The position numbers were made by a program, and so were the translations under genes. Below the pieces are notes generated by a model. It saw only the letters and a list, made by a program, of their open reading frames with translations, did not search any database and had not been told where the DNA came from. From positions 124,001 through 188,000 of the forward strand of contig CDMY01000456.1 in NCBI GenBank assembly GCA_001179505.1: a stretch of 64,000 bases of DNA, read 5' to 3'. Positions 1-13,613 of this stretch are shown one piece after another (position 1 is the first letter of the stretch; each line of letters begins with the position of its first letter). This DNA comes from Vitrella brassicaformis CCMP3155. Lineage: Eukaryota; Protista; Chromerida.

Positions 1-3000
1 CACGTACACGAGCGCCAACCTGCAGCCCAGCCAGGCCAGGAGAGAACCACACACAACACAACACAACACATGCAGACAAAGGAGACCGTCAGGTCAGTGA
101 GCCTGTACTGTATGTGTGTGTGTCGGTCCTTTCGCTCACTCACCCCGCCATGGCGGGATCGACTGCACTTTTGCCTCCAACCGAGTTGAGCAGGATGAAG
201 AGCATCCCGACGCAGAAGACGGCGAGGGCTGCAAGGAGGTCCAGCCGGAATGCCAGCCACCGCGCTGCGACCCAGTAGAGGAAAAAGAAGGCACCGTTGG
301 TGTCCAGCCGCTGCTTCAGCAACGAAAAGAACGTCTGCATTCCATGCGGCAACAGACTCATCACAATAGCTAGCCGCCCTCTGGTGTGTGGGTATGTATA
401 CGTGTGTGGTGCATGCCTGCGACTCACGCTTTCCATTTTGAACGCCCGAATGATCTGAATGCCGTTGAGGGTCTCCTCGAAGAGCGACACAATGGGGCTT
501 CGCGTGACGCCTTCAAGCCGCCTCAACTCACGGCTCGACTTGCGGAAGAACTGACATGACACCCACACACACAGTTGTGCTTTCGCTGCCCACGCACTCG
601 CCCACCCACTCACCACTCACCATTTGTATGCGGTAGAACATGAGTACGAGAGGAATGACGGCGAGCATGAACCACGGACTAGAGAGGGCGCACAATAACA
701 AGAATGACAGCAGCCGAAACACCATCTGAATCGTTGAGTTCAGCGATTCCGGCAGCAGCGAGTCCACCTGGTTGACACACAACACACACCAAGGGGATGG
801 GATCCATTCTATCCCATCCCTGCCTGCAGCTTTTGCTGCGTCTTGCTCACTCACCTTGTCGAGGTCATTCGAGAATCGGTTGATGATTCGACCCACAGGT
901 GTCACGTCAAAGAAGAGATTGACAGGGGCACGCAGCACAGCCGCAAATGTGGTGTCGTGGAGATTCCTGCAGACACGCACCCCGGAAAAAAGCTCTGTTG
1001 ACCTCCCCTCGTTCTCTCCCTCCCTCCCCATCTCTGGTCTTACCGGGAGCTTCTGATGACGCTGGCGACCCACGTGGCGTCTCGTGCGATAACGATTAGT
1101 GTCGCAGCAAGGCAGATGGAAACGTAGATTCCCAACCAGTAGAATGTCGACAGATTGGGGCGGTTGGGTGCCTCCTCAGACCAAAATCCCAGCCACCAGT
1201 CTGTGGTCACCTGCCCGCCCTGGGCCAACGCGAAGAGAATGAGAATCCTGCAGTGCACGGGAACAGGTCGACGCATGAAGTGAGTGGAGCCAGGTGATGA
1301 GTGAATGGGTGGGGTGGCTGGCTGGGTGTGTGTGACTTACATGAAGAACAGCATGGCGCCCAGCAGTTTGTTTTGCCTTACTCCCATGGAGAAATACGCC
1401 ACGTACAGCTGGAACTACAGACATAGTGAGAGACACAGACACAGACACCGACCCACAGAGACAGCTTACTCTTCAATCACGTCATGCTGCACCGAACAGC
1501 ATTGCCCAGCCCACCTTCACTTTGCCCGTCACGCGATCCTCCTTGGTCAACAGACCGGCCTCCCTCTTCACGGGTGCCACTGTGCCTGATGCCTCACCGG
1601 CAGCAGGGCCCTTCTCGTACGCACTCAGGTCAGTCCGCTTGGTGATGAGATTCGGTCGGGGGGTGTCGGCTGCTGGTGTGGGTGTGGATGTGGGCGTGTC
1701 GGTGTTGCTGCTCGTGGTAGTGGTGGTGGTGTCCTTTGACTGCTGCTGTGCCGAGACGAAGGCGGGGTAGTTTTGGCAGAGGTCCTTGTAGGAGCAGATA
1801 GTGTCGATCTGGCCGTCCTTCATCACGACGACCTGATGGACAGACAGACGGACCGAGAAAAGAAGAACGAACTGTTTGTTTGTTCAGACCACACACAGAC
1901 GTGCCAGGCTGTGCCTGGGACTCTGCAAGTGAAGTGAGTGACCTTGTGTGCGTGTTGAAGGAGGTGGTAGTGTGAGTTGAGGACGAGCAGGCGGGTCTTC
2001 TTGGCCAGCAGACCGGCAATCGCGTCGTCGAACAGCCGACGGGCCACGTGCAGATCTGAGAGATAGGGAGAGCCACATAACATATATACACACAAATCAA
2101 TCGCTCGATGTCATGCCAACTAACGAACGGATGAATTCTTGGCGTAACTGACGTACCCACGGCTGAAAGGGGATCGTCCAGAAGATAGATCGAGCACTGG
2201 TCCAGCCGATACAACGCCCTGAAGCGAAGCGTGTGGACACTCATCCCATGGATGACGCCATGCCATGCCGCCTTGTCCATCCCTTCCCTCCCTCACCTGG
2301 CGAATGCCAGCCGCGCCTTCTGTCCGCCGGAGAGGGTGATGCCCCGCTCGCCAACCTCCGTCGCGTCGCCGTCTGGGAGAGTGGCGATGTCAGGGAGGAG
2401 CTGGGCGACCTCGAGGACGCCCTCGTACTTTTCCTTCTCGTAGGGCGACTCGAACAGAATGTTGGCCTTGACGCTGGCGTTGCGCACCCACGGCTCCTGA
2501 GTGAGAATATAGAAGACAGAGGGATGGATGCATGGATGGAGGGGGTTGGCACGAGTCGTGTCTGTCTGGTTGAGCTTGGTACCTTACCTGGCTCACGTAG
2601 GCTACAGGATGGTACACGCCAACGGTGCCTGTGGATGGGTCAGGCCAGGCCAGGCGGCGTTGGTGTACTTGGTGTGATTGGTGGGTGTAAATGTGATTGA
2701 TGTACCTACCTTGCGATTGGTGCAGCTGCCCTAGCAGAGCGCTGAGAAGCGCTGTCTTGCCCGCACCGACTTGGCCGACAATGCACACCAACTCGCCCTC
2801 ATTCACCTGCGTCACTCACGTCACACACATCTACCCCTCCTGTGTGTGTGTGTGTCATCACGTGCATACCTGCAGGTTGATGTCCTTGAGTGCCGGCCGC
2901 CCCGTCTCAGTCGACCATATGCTGTCCAGCGCGGCGACCTTCCCCCCACCCCGCCACCTGTGCGCCTGCCGCACCACAACACCCCTCCTCTCCTCCTTGC

Positions 3001-4362
3001 CAGCACCGGGCGGCGCCCAGTAGAAGACGCCATTGGTGACCTCCAGCGCCACACCATTGGGAAGTACGGGCGGTGGCGAGTCCAGATCGTGCACTGTCGA
3101 GACCTCTGTGGCTGGTGTGACTGTTCCCGCCTCCGAGTAGTCGGCCGATGGCACTGGCGGCCGGGTGGTGGCGGTGGGGGTGGCGGGTTGGTGAGTGTCG
3201 TGTTTGGTCACGACTTTGTGCTCGATCTCTTGTCGCTGGAGATATTGCTGCAGCCGGCCGATAGACGTCAGGCCGTCTGACACGTTCCTGGACGACAAGA
3301 AGGGGAGGAGGGCCGTTGATTGTGCATCTGTGCCTGCAGGAAGTGAGTGGTGTGTGCTACTTTGCTTACTTCATGGCCATTGGCCATAGAGCAAGCGGAA
3401 CACGCAGCAGGTTCAGGAAGGCCAGCACCTGTCATGTCAACACACACCCACACACACGTATCCACACAGACTAACTCACCACCCGCCCCGCCCCGCACCC
3501 CCCGCCCACCGTAAACGTCTTTTCGACGCTGAGTGTGTTGCCAAGCGACACGTACAGCACGAACACCACGGCAGCAATCAGCACCGGCCCACAGAATTGG
3601 AAGAGCCACGTGATCGCGGTGAGGAAGAGAATGCGGCCGAGCTGCCTGACCTCCGCCCTGCGGATCTCAGACACACGCTCTTCGAGCACCCTCTCCCAAG
3701 CATACCTAACCACCCCCCACACACACATACAATACACACACAGCGGGACACGGGCGATGAATGCATCACTCGCCTCGTCCCATCTATCCATCTGTCGTGG
3801 TGAGGCTGGCATGCTCACAATTTGACAATTCTGATGCCCTGCAGGATTTCTGTCTCCAGCTTGACGCGCTTCCCCGTCATCTTGACCATCTCGCGACGGG
3901 TGCGGCCTGCAACACATACCCACATACCCACACACACACGTCGACGCAAGCCCATGCCATCATGGACGGCTCTTTGCTCACCGATTCGCCTTGCGAGATT
4001 GCCGGAGGTTAGGGCGATGACCACCACCATAGCCACGCCCGCCACAGAGGCGATGCCCACCTCCTGCACCAGCAGGAACATCGTCACCAGAATGATGGCT
4101 GGCCCCAGCCACAGCCAGTTGGTCAGAAACACGCCGAAGTAAAGGCGCTCTGTGTCCACAGACCTACAGCCCAGCCGGACCGTGGATGGACACACAAGAA
4201 AACGTGTTGGTGTGCGTGTCCGTTTCATGCTGGACGCACGCACATGTGTGTGACGATCTCTCCACTGGAGGCGGTCGATTTCTCGAAACTGGCCAGCACG
4301 AGCGCCTTCCTGTAGATCTCCATGATTGCGGCAGATCGCATCGACATTCCCAGCCTGACACA

Positions 4363-4416
<54 letters not shown>

Positions 4417-5289
4417 TGCACATAAGGCCTACCTACCTACCAAGACGGCTCGGGTGCTGTGACTGACGACTGACCGTGTAGTGTGGAAGAATGAGTGGTT
4501 GATGCACAAAGCCGCGACCACGAGGCACAGGAACAGGCCACACACCAGCAGCACGCCATGCAGCCAGTCATCGCTTCCGGACTGCTCCAGCAGACAGACA
4601 CAACGAGGAACGGCCCAATCGACAGACACATCAGCGCGTTTGTCAGTCAGACGGTGGGTCAGTGAGTGAATGAGTGTTGATAGTAGCTACCTCACCTCAA
4701 GGAAGACAAGCAGCTCCCGGATGAAGAGCGGCGAGGCGCAGTTGAAGATGATGTAGGGAATGCCCAGGCCAACAGTGATCAGCCACCTGCACAATGGGTT
4801 GGGCCGATGACACACACACACAGACACACAGACAGACACATCAGAGGTGTGCTCCCACACCATCAGCAGCAGCACAGCAGTGCAATCGACGCGTGCAGAC
4901 CTGTTCTTGAACGAGGCCCAGAACGCTGGAAGCAACCGCTGCACACACACAGACAGACAGTCTGTCCCTCTCCCGCGAGCACTCACACGCACCCAACCCA
5001 ACTCACTGACCTGCAGTTTTTTGTAATTGGTGTGGAACAGCTCATCTGTCGGCCTGGACCTGTGCTGATGCGGCAGGTCGTCCACTGTGACATCTGACTC
5101 ATCGAGGGCACGCGCAGAGCCCAGCCGGAGTAGGTCGTCCATCCACGACAGAAGAATGTGTGTGCGCCACGTTGATGAGTCAAGCCGAGATGGCCTGGCA
5201 GGCTTGTGTGGAGTCGATGACGATAGTGCCGCTGTCGCTGCGCAGCCGCCAGGGTCGTCTGAGTCGATGTCCGTCTCAAAGGCAACCAT
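1..5289 (-). CDS. ABC transporter C family (MRP-like), multi-exon, 3' part outside the window
   Basis: Exons encode TMD1 ([18 protein letters not shown]), NBD1 Walker A GQVGAGKT, signature LSGGQKAR, Walker [11 protein letters not shown], and TMD2 ([31 protein letters not shown]). ATG at 5289 is the likely but unproven start. Confidence 0.93.
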
Positions 5290-5390
5290 CTTGACAAACG
5301 AAGCACGGCGATGCTTCAGAGGCAGATCAGCTATGTGCTGTTGTGGAAGTGGCTGGCGGATCCTTCCGTGGAGATATTTTCTTCCCAGAC

Positions 5391-7347
5391 ATGAGAGGAC
5401 GAAGGACAGGGTTCGGCGAGCTACACAAACCCGCAAACCCCACAGGTAAACAACCAGATTCGTCCGGCGAGATGGTCTTGGACGTTGGGATCTTGGCGTT
5501 GACGCTCATCAACGTGCTGCTGCACATCCACAACCCATGGCAGGCAGCCCACCACTCCACACCCCGGACCTGCATCTGCTCGTGTGACGGCCAGACGCCC
5601 ATCCACCTCAACAACCACACCAACACCAACACCAACACCAACACAGCCCGTCAATCTTCATCTTTACCAGCAGCGGCGCCCGCTGTCAAAGCCAAGAAGA
5701 GCACGCCGCAGGGCGACCAACCGCAGCAGCAGCCGCCGCCGCCGCCGCCGCCGAAGAAGGAGGGATTGGGCGGTCTGGATGAGTCGATGTTGGCGCGGCT
5801 GGACAACCTGAAGACCTCCTGGATCAAGAAGCAGCAGGAGAGGCTGGACGCCGAGAGAGCCCACGTGCAAGCCATGAAGGCCGGCAAGACCCACCCAGGC
5901 AACACAGGCAACCCCACACCAACAGTGCCGGTGCCCTACAAACCAACACAGCCACCCGCACAGCCGCAGCCACCGACCACACAGACACAGAAGAAAAGAG
6001 AGGACAAGAAAGCCAAGACAACCACCACTGCCACGACAGCAGCAGCAGCAGCAGACAGGAGCCAGATCCAGGGGTACCCTTCCCACGCGCCGCCCGGTCC
6101 GCGGCCGGCCGATAACGAGAAGTCGGTGGTGCGGCGTCGGGCGGACTTCGGCGCCTTTTTGCTGTCGTTGCATCCGTATGGCGTGGGCGTGATGCTGGGA
6201 GTGGGGCGGGGCGAGTTTGCGGTGCACCTTCTGAAGGAGTGGAAGACGTCACCCGGGGTGAGAGAGAAGGGGAGACGATGGACGGGGAATGGTATGGTGT
6301 GTGGTTTGCTGCTTTGTTTGTTTCTCGTTGGTTTGTTGGTTTCTTCAGTTGTTCCTGGTTGACCCGTACATTCACATATGGCGGGGCTATGACGACCCCG
6401 ACAACCTCTCGGACAAAGAACACCAGGTAGGGGAGTTAGAGAGTGCGGCCATCCATCCATCAGTGAGTGAGTGCGTTGCCTGACCTGATGTGTGGCTGTG
6501 GCTGATTGGTTCAGCTGATATATGAGGACCTGCGCAATCGGCTGGCGCCATACGACGGCAGGCACGTCTTCGCAAGGGACTTCTCATACTCATGTATGTC
6601 TGTATGGAAGAGGCAGGGAGGGAGGGAGGGAGGGAGCGGCATCCATCCATCCATCCATCCAGATTGGCATGGAGAGCTCTCCCTCTCTCTCTCTTTTTCT
6701 CTCTCTCTGCGTCTGTGTCTGTGTCTGTGTGCGCATTATCATTCAACGTCCGTCAGTTGCGAAGAAGTTCGCCCAGGACCCCACCTCGCCGGCCCCTGCC
6801 TTCGTCTATGTTGACGCCAATCACGCACACGAAGCCGTCACCAAGTGAGGGATAATAGCGGAGGGAGGGGAAAAACGGAAAAACCTGCCCGTCTGTCGTG
6901 TGCGCGTGCGGTGTGTGTGGATGCATTAAGGGATTTGGAGAGTTGGTGGCCTCTGGTGGGACAGGGGGGCGTCATCGCTGGCGGGACTTACATCAATAGG
7001 GCTGGACGTGGGACAAAGAGAAGGAGTTTTCAATCGTGTGTTGTGTCTTTCTGACTCGTGCGTGTTCCCTCGTATGCGTGTGTTGTGTATGTGTGTGTGT
7101 GTGTGCAGAGAAGGTGTTTGTCAAGAAAGCTGTAGACGACTTCGCCGACAAGCATCAGCTCAAGGTGCGCTTCGTGGGAAGCAAGCTGCTGTGCGCGATT
7201 TGTGTGTATATGTTTTGTCTGTCTGTCTGTGTCTGCGTGTGTGTGTCCATCCATCCATCCATCCATCAGGTGTACATAACGACCGATGACGACGTCCCGT
7301 CGTGGTACATCATCAAGCGCGACGTTCAGACGCCGATACTCGCATAG
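5391..7347 (+). CDS. Type II membrane-anchored class I SAM-dependent methyltransferase-like protein (Methyltransf_24-like)
   Basis: N-terminal hydrophobic anchor (VLDVGILALTLINVLL), P/Q-rich stem, then GVMLGVGRGEFAVHLLKEW, LFLVDPY, FVYVDANHAHEAVTKDLESWWPLVGQGGVIAG, KAVDDFA. Spliced with GT-AG introns; TAG at 7345-7347. Confidence 0.75.
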
Positions 7348-10333
7348 TTTAGCCAGCCAGCCAGGCAGCCTCCCCAGCCCGTGGTAGTTGGTGGTGTGCA
7401 CACATGTGATGGATGTGATGTGATGTGACTGATCCATCCGATCCATGGGAAGACGTCACGGCAACAGACACACGTCAGGTCAGGTCACACTTGTCTGTGT
7501 GTCTGTCTGTCTGTCTGTCCCTGTTGTGAAGTACGTGTGTGTGCGGCAACCATGTACTCTACGCATGGACCATCTCTTTGGATGCACAGCTGGCCAACCG
7601 CCCACTCAGTTGCCGTCCACCCACCCACCCACCCACCCACACATCCATCCATCCACCAGGGGTGACTTGACTGCAATGCAGCCCAACGGTTCGGCCCTCC
7701 CCTCCCTCATTGCACACACAGCACATGGAGGGAGGAATGTCCGTCCCCCGGACCCTACCTAGTACACACAGCAAACAGCAAAAAGTCAAAATGCCTCTCT
7801 CTGTGAATGATGAAGAAAGGGCCACCGGCCTCTGTGTGTCTGTGCCTGTGTGTGGTGGGGGCATGACATCATGGTGACTGGAAGCCCCCCAGTCCCTGAA
7901 CCGAATTAATTACTGACGAGACTGCTCGTCTTGTCTGTCCCACCCAGTCGTGTCACACCATGAGCCTTCCGTCCCCTCCCCTCCCCTCCCTCCCACTGCG
8001 CAAGAGGGTTACCCACCCTTGTCTGGTCTGGCGTACGTATGTGTGGCGGCTGTCTGGTGTGTGCATCAGGCCATGTAGTCTCAACATGCATGTCATGGAG
8101 CGGACGAAAAGGCCGCACGACACGGACGGAAAAAGTTGCCCTGCCCTGCCAGCCAGCCCACTACACTCACCATGATGCGTGAGAGAAGGTGGCTCATGCA
8201 TGTGAATTACATCGCATAGCTGCAGATGGTGGGGCTGATAGACGTGGGATGGATGGCGTGGGGTGCATTGCAACGGAAAACCACCCACTCATGGAGGGAG
8301 AGTGAGTAGGGCAGGCAGATGGACACGACACGCACAGGCAGGCACACACAGATCTGAAAGCGCAGTGAGTGAGCGAGGTAAGGCGGCCGGCCAGTCGAGC
8401 AGCCAGGCAGGCAGGCAGGAAGAAGTCAGTGAACACGCACGTACGTCTACACACGCATGCATAATTAAAGGACGAAGATGATGAAAGCAAACAGCAGCAG
8501 CACCAGCAGGCAGGCTATGGATAGACAGACAGACAGATACATAGAAGGAACAAAAAGACCGACAGACCACTCCGACTTACTTACGCACGCATCTATCGCT
8601 ACTTAAGGAATGAAATGAATGCACGGACGGACAAATAAACAAACGGACAAGCGAATGGCGAGAAGGAGGAGAATAAGAAAATAGCATGCATCATGCGCGG
8701 GCGAAGCAAGGAGAGAGCGAGGAGAATCCCGGACGGACAACTGCCATATATCCGTCCACACAAGAAAAATGGCACATCACAATCACATCTGTCCCGTCTG
8801 CCCGCCCAGAGAGAGAAACGAAACACACACACGACAAGGAAGGCACACCAAGTTATACCACAACAAATGAAGGTGCGCATCTCTCACACACAGAGGCTGG
8901 TCAACTCAACACATGTAAGAGATTCTGAGAGTGAGTGCCCACGGGCCGGTGTGTACCAAAAAGAACGTTCACGGTAAGGCAGGCAGCCTGGAGCGATCAT
9001 TGATTGAGGGGAGAGGAGAAAGGAACAAACAGGCAAGAAAGGAGACAGAGGCAGAGAGCGTCACTAGCTAGCCGCAGGCAGGTGGTGGTGTGATTTCACA
9101 GCGGAGAAATCAGCCGGGAGCCAAAAAGACTCCTTCTTCTTCTTAACTCGTGTGCCTGTCTGTCTGTCCGTCTGTCCGTCTGTCTGTCTGCCTGTACACC
9201 TGTGACGCACGCAAAACCCAAGAAAGATGGGTGTGTGTTGCGATCGGTCTGAGAGGGAAAAGAGAGAGAGGGGCCTAAGGAAAGGCGGATATAAGAAAGG
9301 AATCAACCAATCAGACGAGTGAGATGGGAAGACTTGTCATCACTCGCTGAGGGAGGCACCCAGGGAGGCAAGTGAAACAGGCAAGACAGACCAGTTAGTT
9401 AGTCGGGCCGCCAACCAATAGGACAAGAAGGACAGACCAATGGGAGGGAGGGAGGGTGGGTGGGTGGGAGAGGATGAAGCGATGCAGACAAACAAAAGGG
9501 GGCAAGGAGAAATAAGATGCCATCCATCGCCCCAACAGCAAAGCAGACACGACACCAATCAAATACTCCCCACACCAATCCAATCGCCCGCCTCCCTTGC
9601 CTTGCACCCACTCAGCAAAGAGAACGAACAATCGTACACAGAAAGCATCACAGGAAGAACTCAAATTGGATGGGCTCCTACACACACACACACACACACA
9701 CACTACGCTTACTTACGTACACCCAGACAGACAGAGAGACAGATGCATTTCGAGAACCGTCCGTGTGTGTATTTGTGTCGCTTTCTGTGCTCCAGGCATT
9801 GCTGGAGACCTCAGACAGACAGACAGACATTCAAGCAGGTCGGCCTATGTATGTGAAGGAAGAAAGGGAGTCGAGTCAGCCAGTTTGTTTTTCGTTTGTT
9901 GGTTTGTTGGTGCGGGGTGCGGTGGGGTAGGGTGCGGGGGTGTCCGGTAGGACACACAAATACACACATCGCCCCGGGCCATTCCATTCCCCGACACACA
10001 CACACACGGATGGATGGAACAAACCAGACAGCCAGACAGACGGCTACAGACAGACATTCGTGACTGACGTGCAATGCCATGTAATGGTATGCAATGGCTG
10101 GATGGATGTTATAAACCTCTCCACTCTCTATCACACGCCATCGATGGATGCTACACAAAAAACACAAGAAAGACCACACTCAATGCAATCAATCACCCGC
10201 CAGCCGACGGACGCTTCAAACACCCCCTCCCTCCCTCCCTCCCTCCCACCCGTCACACGCGCACTCTGTAGCATGCACGCAGGCAGCGGCACGGTACGCC
10301 CCCTCCTCTCTCCCTCACTCAGTCAGCCATCGG

Positions 10334-11326
10334 TCAGGCTGTGTCGCAGCGGGCCCTGGCCGCGATGTCATCCGCCAGCAGATCAGGACTCGATTGACTG
10401 CACTCACTCACCACACACCGACACAGACAGAGGGAAGCCGTGGAAAGTTATGATAAAGGTTGCAGGATGCCTGCCTCTGTTTGCTGACTGACCTTCTCAT
10501 TCGCCTGATGCGCGCCCGCTCCATCAAGGGCCAGCACGATTCACCAACACTGAATGCCCAGACGCACGCAGAAGGAGGGAGACCCCCGTCCAGCCTTCGT
10601 CTCTCTCTTATATGATGCAGGCTTACTTGTCGGCTGGTTCCCAGGTGTGTCTGTCCCACCCCGCCCACTTGATGAGGTACCACGACTGCATCGACTCGGG
10701 CTCCCAGTGGTAGTCCAATATGTCCTGACAGACATGACAATGGCAAGGCCAACACGCACACAGACACAGACACAACCATACCCACACCACCATGAGCCCA
10801 CTGGCCATGAGCCCACACAGCCTTGCCCTCGACTGCCTGCCCTTCTTATGCTCACCTCGACAGCGTACGCCTCGAGCGGCTCCCCTTCCTCCACATCTGG
10901 CCTCACCGACACACCCACAGCCACAGCCACACTGCCGTTCTTGGCGTCACCACACCCATTGCTGCCGCCGGCGACAATGGGCTCCTCGCGCACGTCGCTG
11001 TTGTCGCGACGGCCCCTGGTGACCTCCACACTGAACGACACGGGGCTGCGGACGCCGCGGCCATCCTGCTCATCTGCGTGTGCGGCCGTGTGGGTTTTCA
11101 TGTTGGGCGCGACTTTCCAGCGGGGCGGAAGCACCACCTCCTCGCAAGACGTCTCCTGCACACAGCAGAAACAAAGACGAAAGAACGCACACACAAGCAC
11201 TGCAGCCCACCCAGCGCATCAGCGGAGGAGTCTCTCTCTCGCCCTGTCTGTTGTGGCGCGTTAGCCGACCTGGCTGTCGAATACGGGCAGGCTGTCTTCG
11301 CATCGAGCAGGGATGGAGGAACCCAT
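10334..11326 (-). CDS. Small chromodomain protein, about 5 exons
   Basis: Spliced reading MGSSIPARCEDSLPVFDSQ|ETSCEE...YAVE|DILDYHWEPESMQSWYLIKWAGWDRHTWEPAD|NVGESCWPLMERARIRRMRR|... matches the chromodomain pattern YxVExIL...YLIKWxGW...TWEP. Confidence 0.8.
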
Positions 11327-11518
11327 ATCTATCTGCGACAAGTGAGCGTTGAGAGATCTGCAGACCGACTGGCGAATCTTTCGGCCGAAACGATCAGAAG
11401 ACGTTGAGGCCGTGAACCGACTGCTTAACAACAGCGGCAGCAGAGAACGGGAGGCAAAAACCTCCCTGTGGTGCACCTTAGTCTGCTACTCTGCCACACC
11501 CTTCGATTTCCATAGTAG

Positions 11519-11591
11519 CACTCCTGATGGGATTCGAACCCACAACCTTTGGATTAGAAGTCCAACGCGCTATCCATTGCGCTACAGGAGC
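11519..11591 (-). tRNA. tRNA-Arg, anticodon UCU, intronless
   Basis: GCTCCTG TA GCGC AATGGATA GCGC G TTGGA CT TCT AA TCCAA AGGTT GTGGG TTCGAAT CCCAT CAGGAGT G forms a full cloverleaf with A and B boxes. T5 Pol III terminator about 60 nt downstream (11456-11460). Confidence 0.97.
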
Positions 11592-11818
11592 GGCACTAAT
11601 TTGCGGAACTCTCAAGGCAAGACTGAGAACAAGGCTGGAGGAATCATCGTCGGCACAGAGGGGACACAGATGGATGGCGATGGTGCTGGGCTCTTGATCG
11701 GGCTCTTCTGTGGTCGCGATGCCTTCAGCGATGGCGCAGGCGGCCTGTATCGTGGGAAGCTTCCGTGTCGCGACACACTGACATCGACGAAGCATCGACT
11801 GGAAATCCATCACCAAGA

Positions 11819-12100
11819 TCAGATGGCCCCTCTGATGTGGCCCTGTTTGTACTGCTGCGGCGGCCTCACATCCACGAGCAGCAGCGACTTCCGGCTGCCC
11901 TGCAACACACAGACAGACAGACAGACACAATCACAGAGATGACGATACATCAGCCACGGCGTGTTTCTCGCCGGCACGGTCACCTGGTCCTTCATGGTCT
12001 GCAAGAGATTGAATAGCTTGCCCGGCTTCACTGCCACGAGACAGACCTCCCGCGCCTCCTCGGCACTCATCATGTTCAGCCGGTCCACGTCTATCGCCAT
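11819..12100 (-). pseudogene. Truncated rhodanese-like ORF (N-terminal part only), 2 exons
   Basis: MAIDVDRLN...LFNLLQTMKDQ|GSRKSLLLVDVRPPQQYKQGHIRGAI then TGA; a second in-frame TGA follows 3 codons later. DVR...Y..GHI.GA is the rhodanese N-terminal motif. Intron at about 11963-11900. Confidence 0.55.
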
Positions 12101-12321
12101 TACGAAGCGCTGCAGATCTTCGAGTTAGAGCGCGTCAATCAAACAAAAGGTGGTTGGATGACTAATACAAATCCTACATTATCTCCGATAGACCGTATCG
12201 GATCAAGAAGTGTCTCTTGCTGCGTTGGCAATCTCCACGCGATTCAGTGAAGAGGGATGAACATATCAGTTCAGTGCATCACTTGACCAGTCAATAACTA
12301 CCTTCTATTGTCTACCTGCGG

Positions 12322-12387
12322 GTCTACCTTCGACCATACATAAATGCGTCTACCTTCGACCATACATAAATGGTCTACCTTCAACCA
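12322..12387. repeat. Tandem repeat, 25-26 bp unit, about 2.5 copies
   Basis: gtctaccttcgaccatacataaatg twice, followed by gtctaccttcaacca. Confidence 0.85.
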
Positions 12388-13613
12388 GTAAACACCTGCA
12401 GATGCGACTGCTACCCCCATCCATATCCCACATGAAACGGTGCCTGCCTGTCGGCGCGAGGCTGTCGGCGCGTAGCTGTCGTCGCGTTGACTTCCACACG
12501 AACCGTCCGTGGTGTGACCCTGAGATCCATCTCACCAAGGACGGTAAGGGTGTATCGTTGCTGTGAGGCCGCCTCGGCGGCTACGGCGCTCCTGTCCTTC
12601 GTGCTCAACGCATAGACAGCTGCACGAGACAGAATCATGGCCGGCAAGGAGTGAGCGACGACTATATTTCTCTAGCTGTCTGACATGGCGCCTACAGTGT
12701 CGATTGAAAAGCGCCTGCAGTGCCTCGAGACTCAGATAAGAGAGAGCTGGCTGGGTGACGTCTGTCATGGGGACCATCTGTCCCTGCACACGTGACAGTG
12801 GACACATAATGACATCAACTGTCAAGGTCTGTATGCCTAGTCATACCGAGAGCCTGTCCATCGCTCTCCCAAAGATGGCGAAAAGTGTCCCGACGAGATA
12901 GCGCATCTGCCAGTCGCGAGTGGCCCAGCGGACACCCGCCGCCCTGAGTGATGACCCTAACTGAACCACACAGACCGGGCTAGGTCAGCAACCCTTTCAC
13001 CATCACAAGTTTTCCGACGTGCTGCTTCTAACTCACCGAGGCAACGACGTCGATCCTCGAAGCTCCTGATAGGTGCGCTTGGTACACGGCCTCCAGCACC
13101 GCATACGCTGTGACGCGGCAGGGTGTTGTGCAACAGGGCGCGGAGCCGAGTCGCGCTCCAATCAGGGCGGCATGGACGAAGTCGGCTATACGCACACAAA
13201 ACATCCCTCTCTTTGTGATCACCCGCCAGCCATTGCCTGGTCTCACCATGGGATATGCCTCGCTCTCTGAGCCAGTTGCATAGGGGCTCCGGACTGCACA
13301 GTCGACCCATCGGCATCGCCCAGAACGTCTCAGCGGACACGACGATCTGCAGTCGCCGCAAACACAGAGACATATCGATATCCGTGTGCGGCATTATCCG
13401 TCCATACCAGTGTGCGCCTCGCGGCAAAGGGGGTCAGCAGTTTGACGTGATCATAGTCTGGGGCGAGCATCAGCTGGAACTCGCCGTCCCTCAGCTTGGC
13501 CGCATTCTGGTTAGCAGCCCTGGCGAGTGTGTGGTCGGCCAGTCCCACGTCGGGATCCAGGAACGTGGCAGAGGTTCCCAACATCCGCACAACGTTGACA
13601 GGAATCATGGTTG

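Noticed and set aside
7400-10300. Many ORF-track entries rich in HT/CV/SL repeats
   Set aside because: These are translations of microsatellites in non-coding DNA.
11478-11930. ORF that appears to read through the tRNA (AAPVAQWIARWTSNPKVVGSNPIRS)
   Set aside because: This is simply the translated tRNA-Arg sequence. The ORF starts inside an intron and is out of frame with the rhodanese exon.
12322-12387. Possible CRISPR-like repeat
   Set aside because: The copies are directly adjacent with no unique spacers, there are no cas genes, and the context is eukaryotic.
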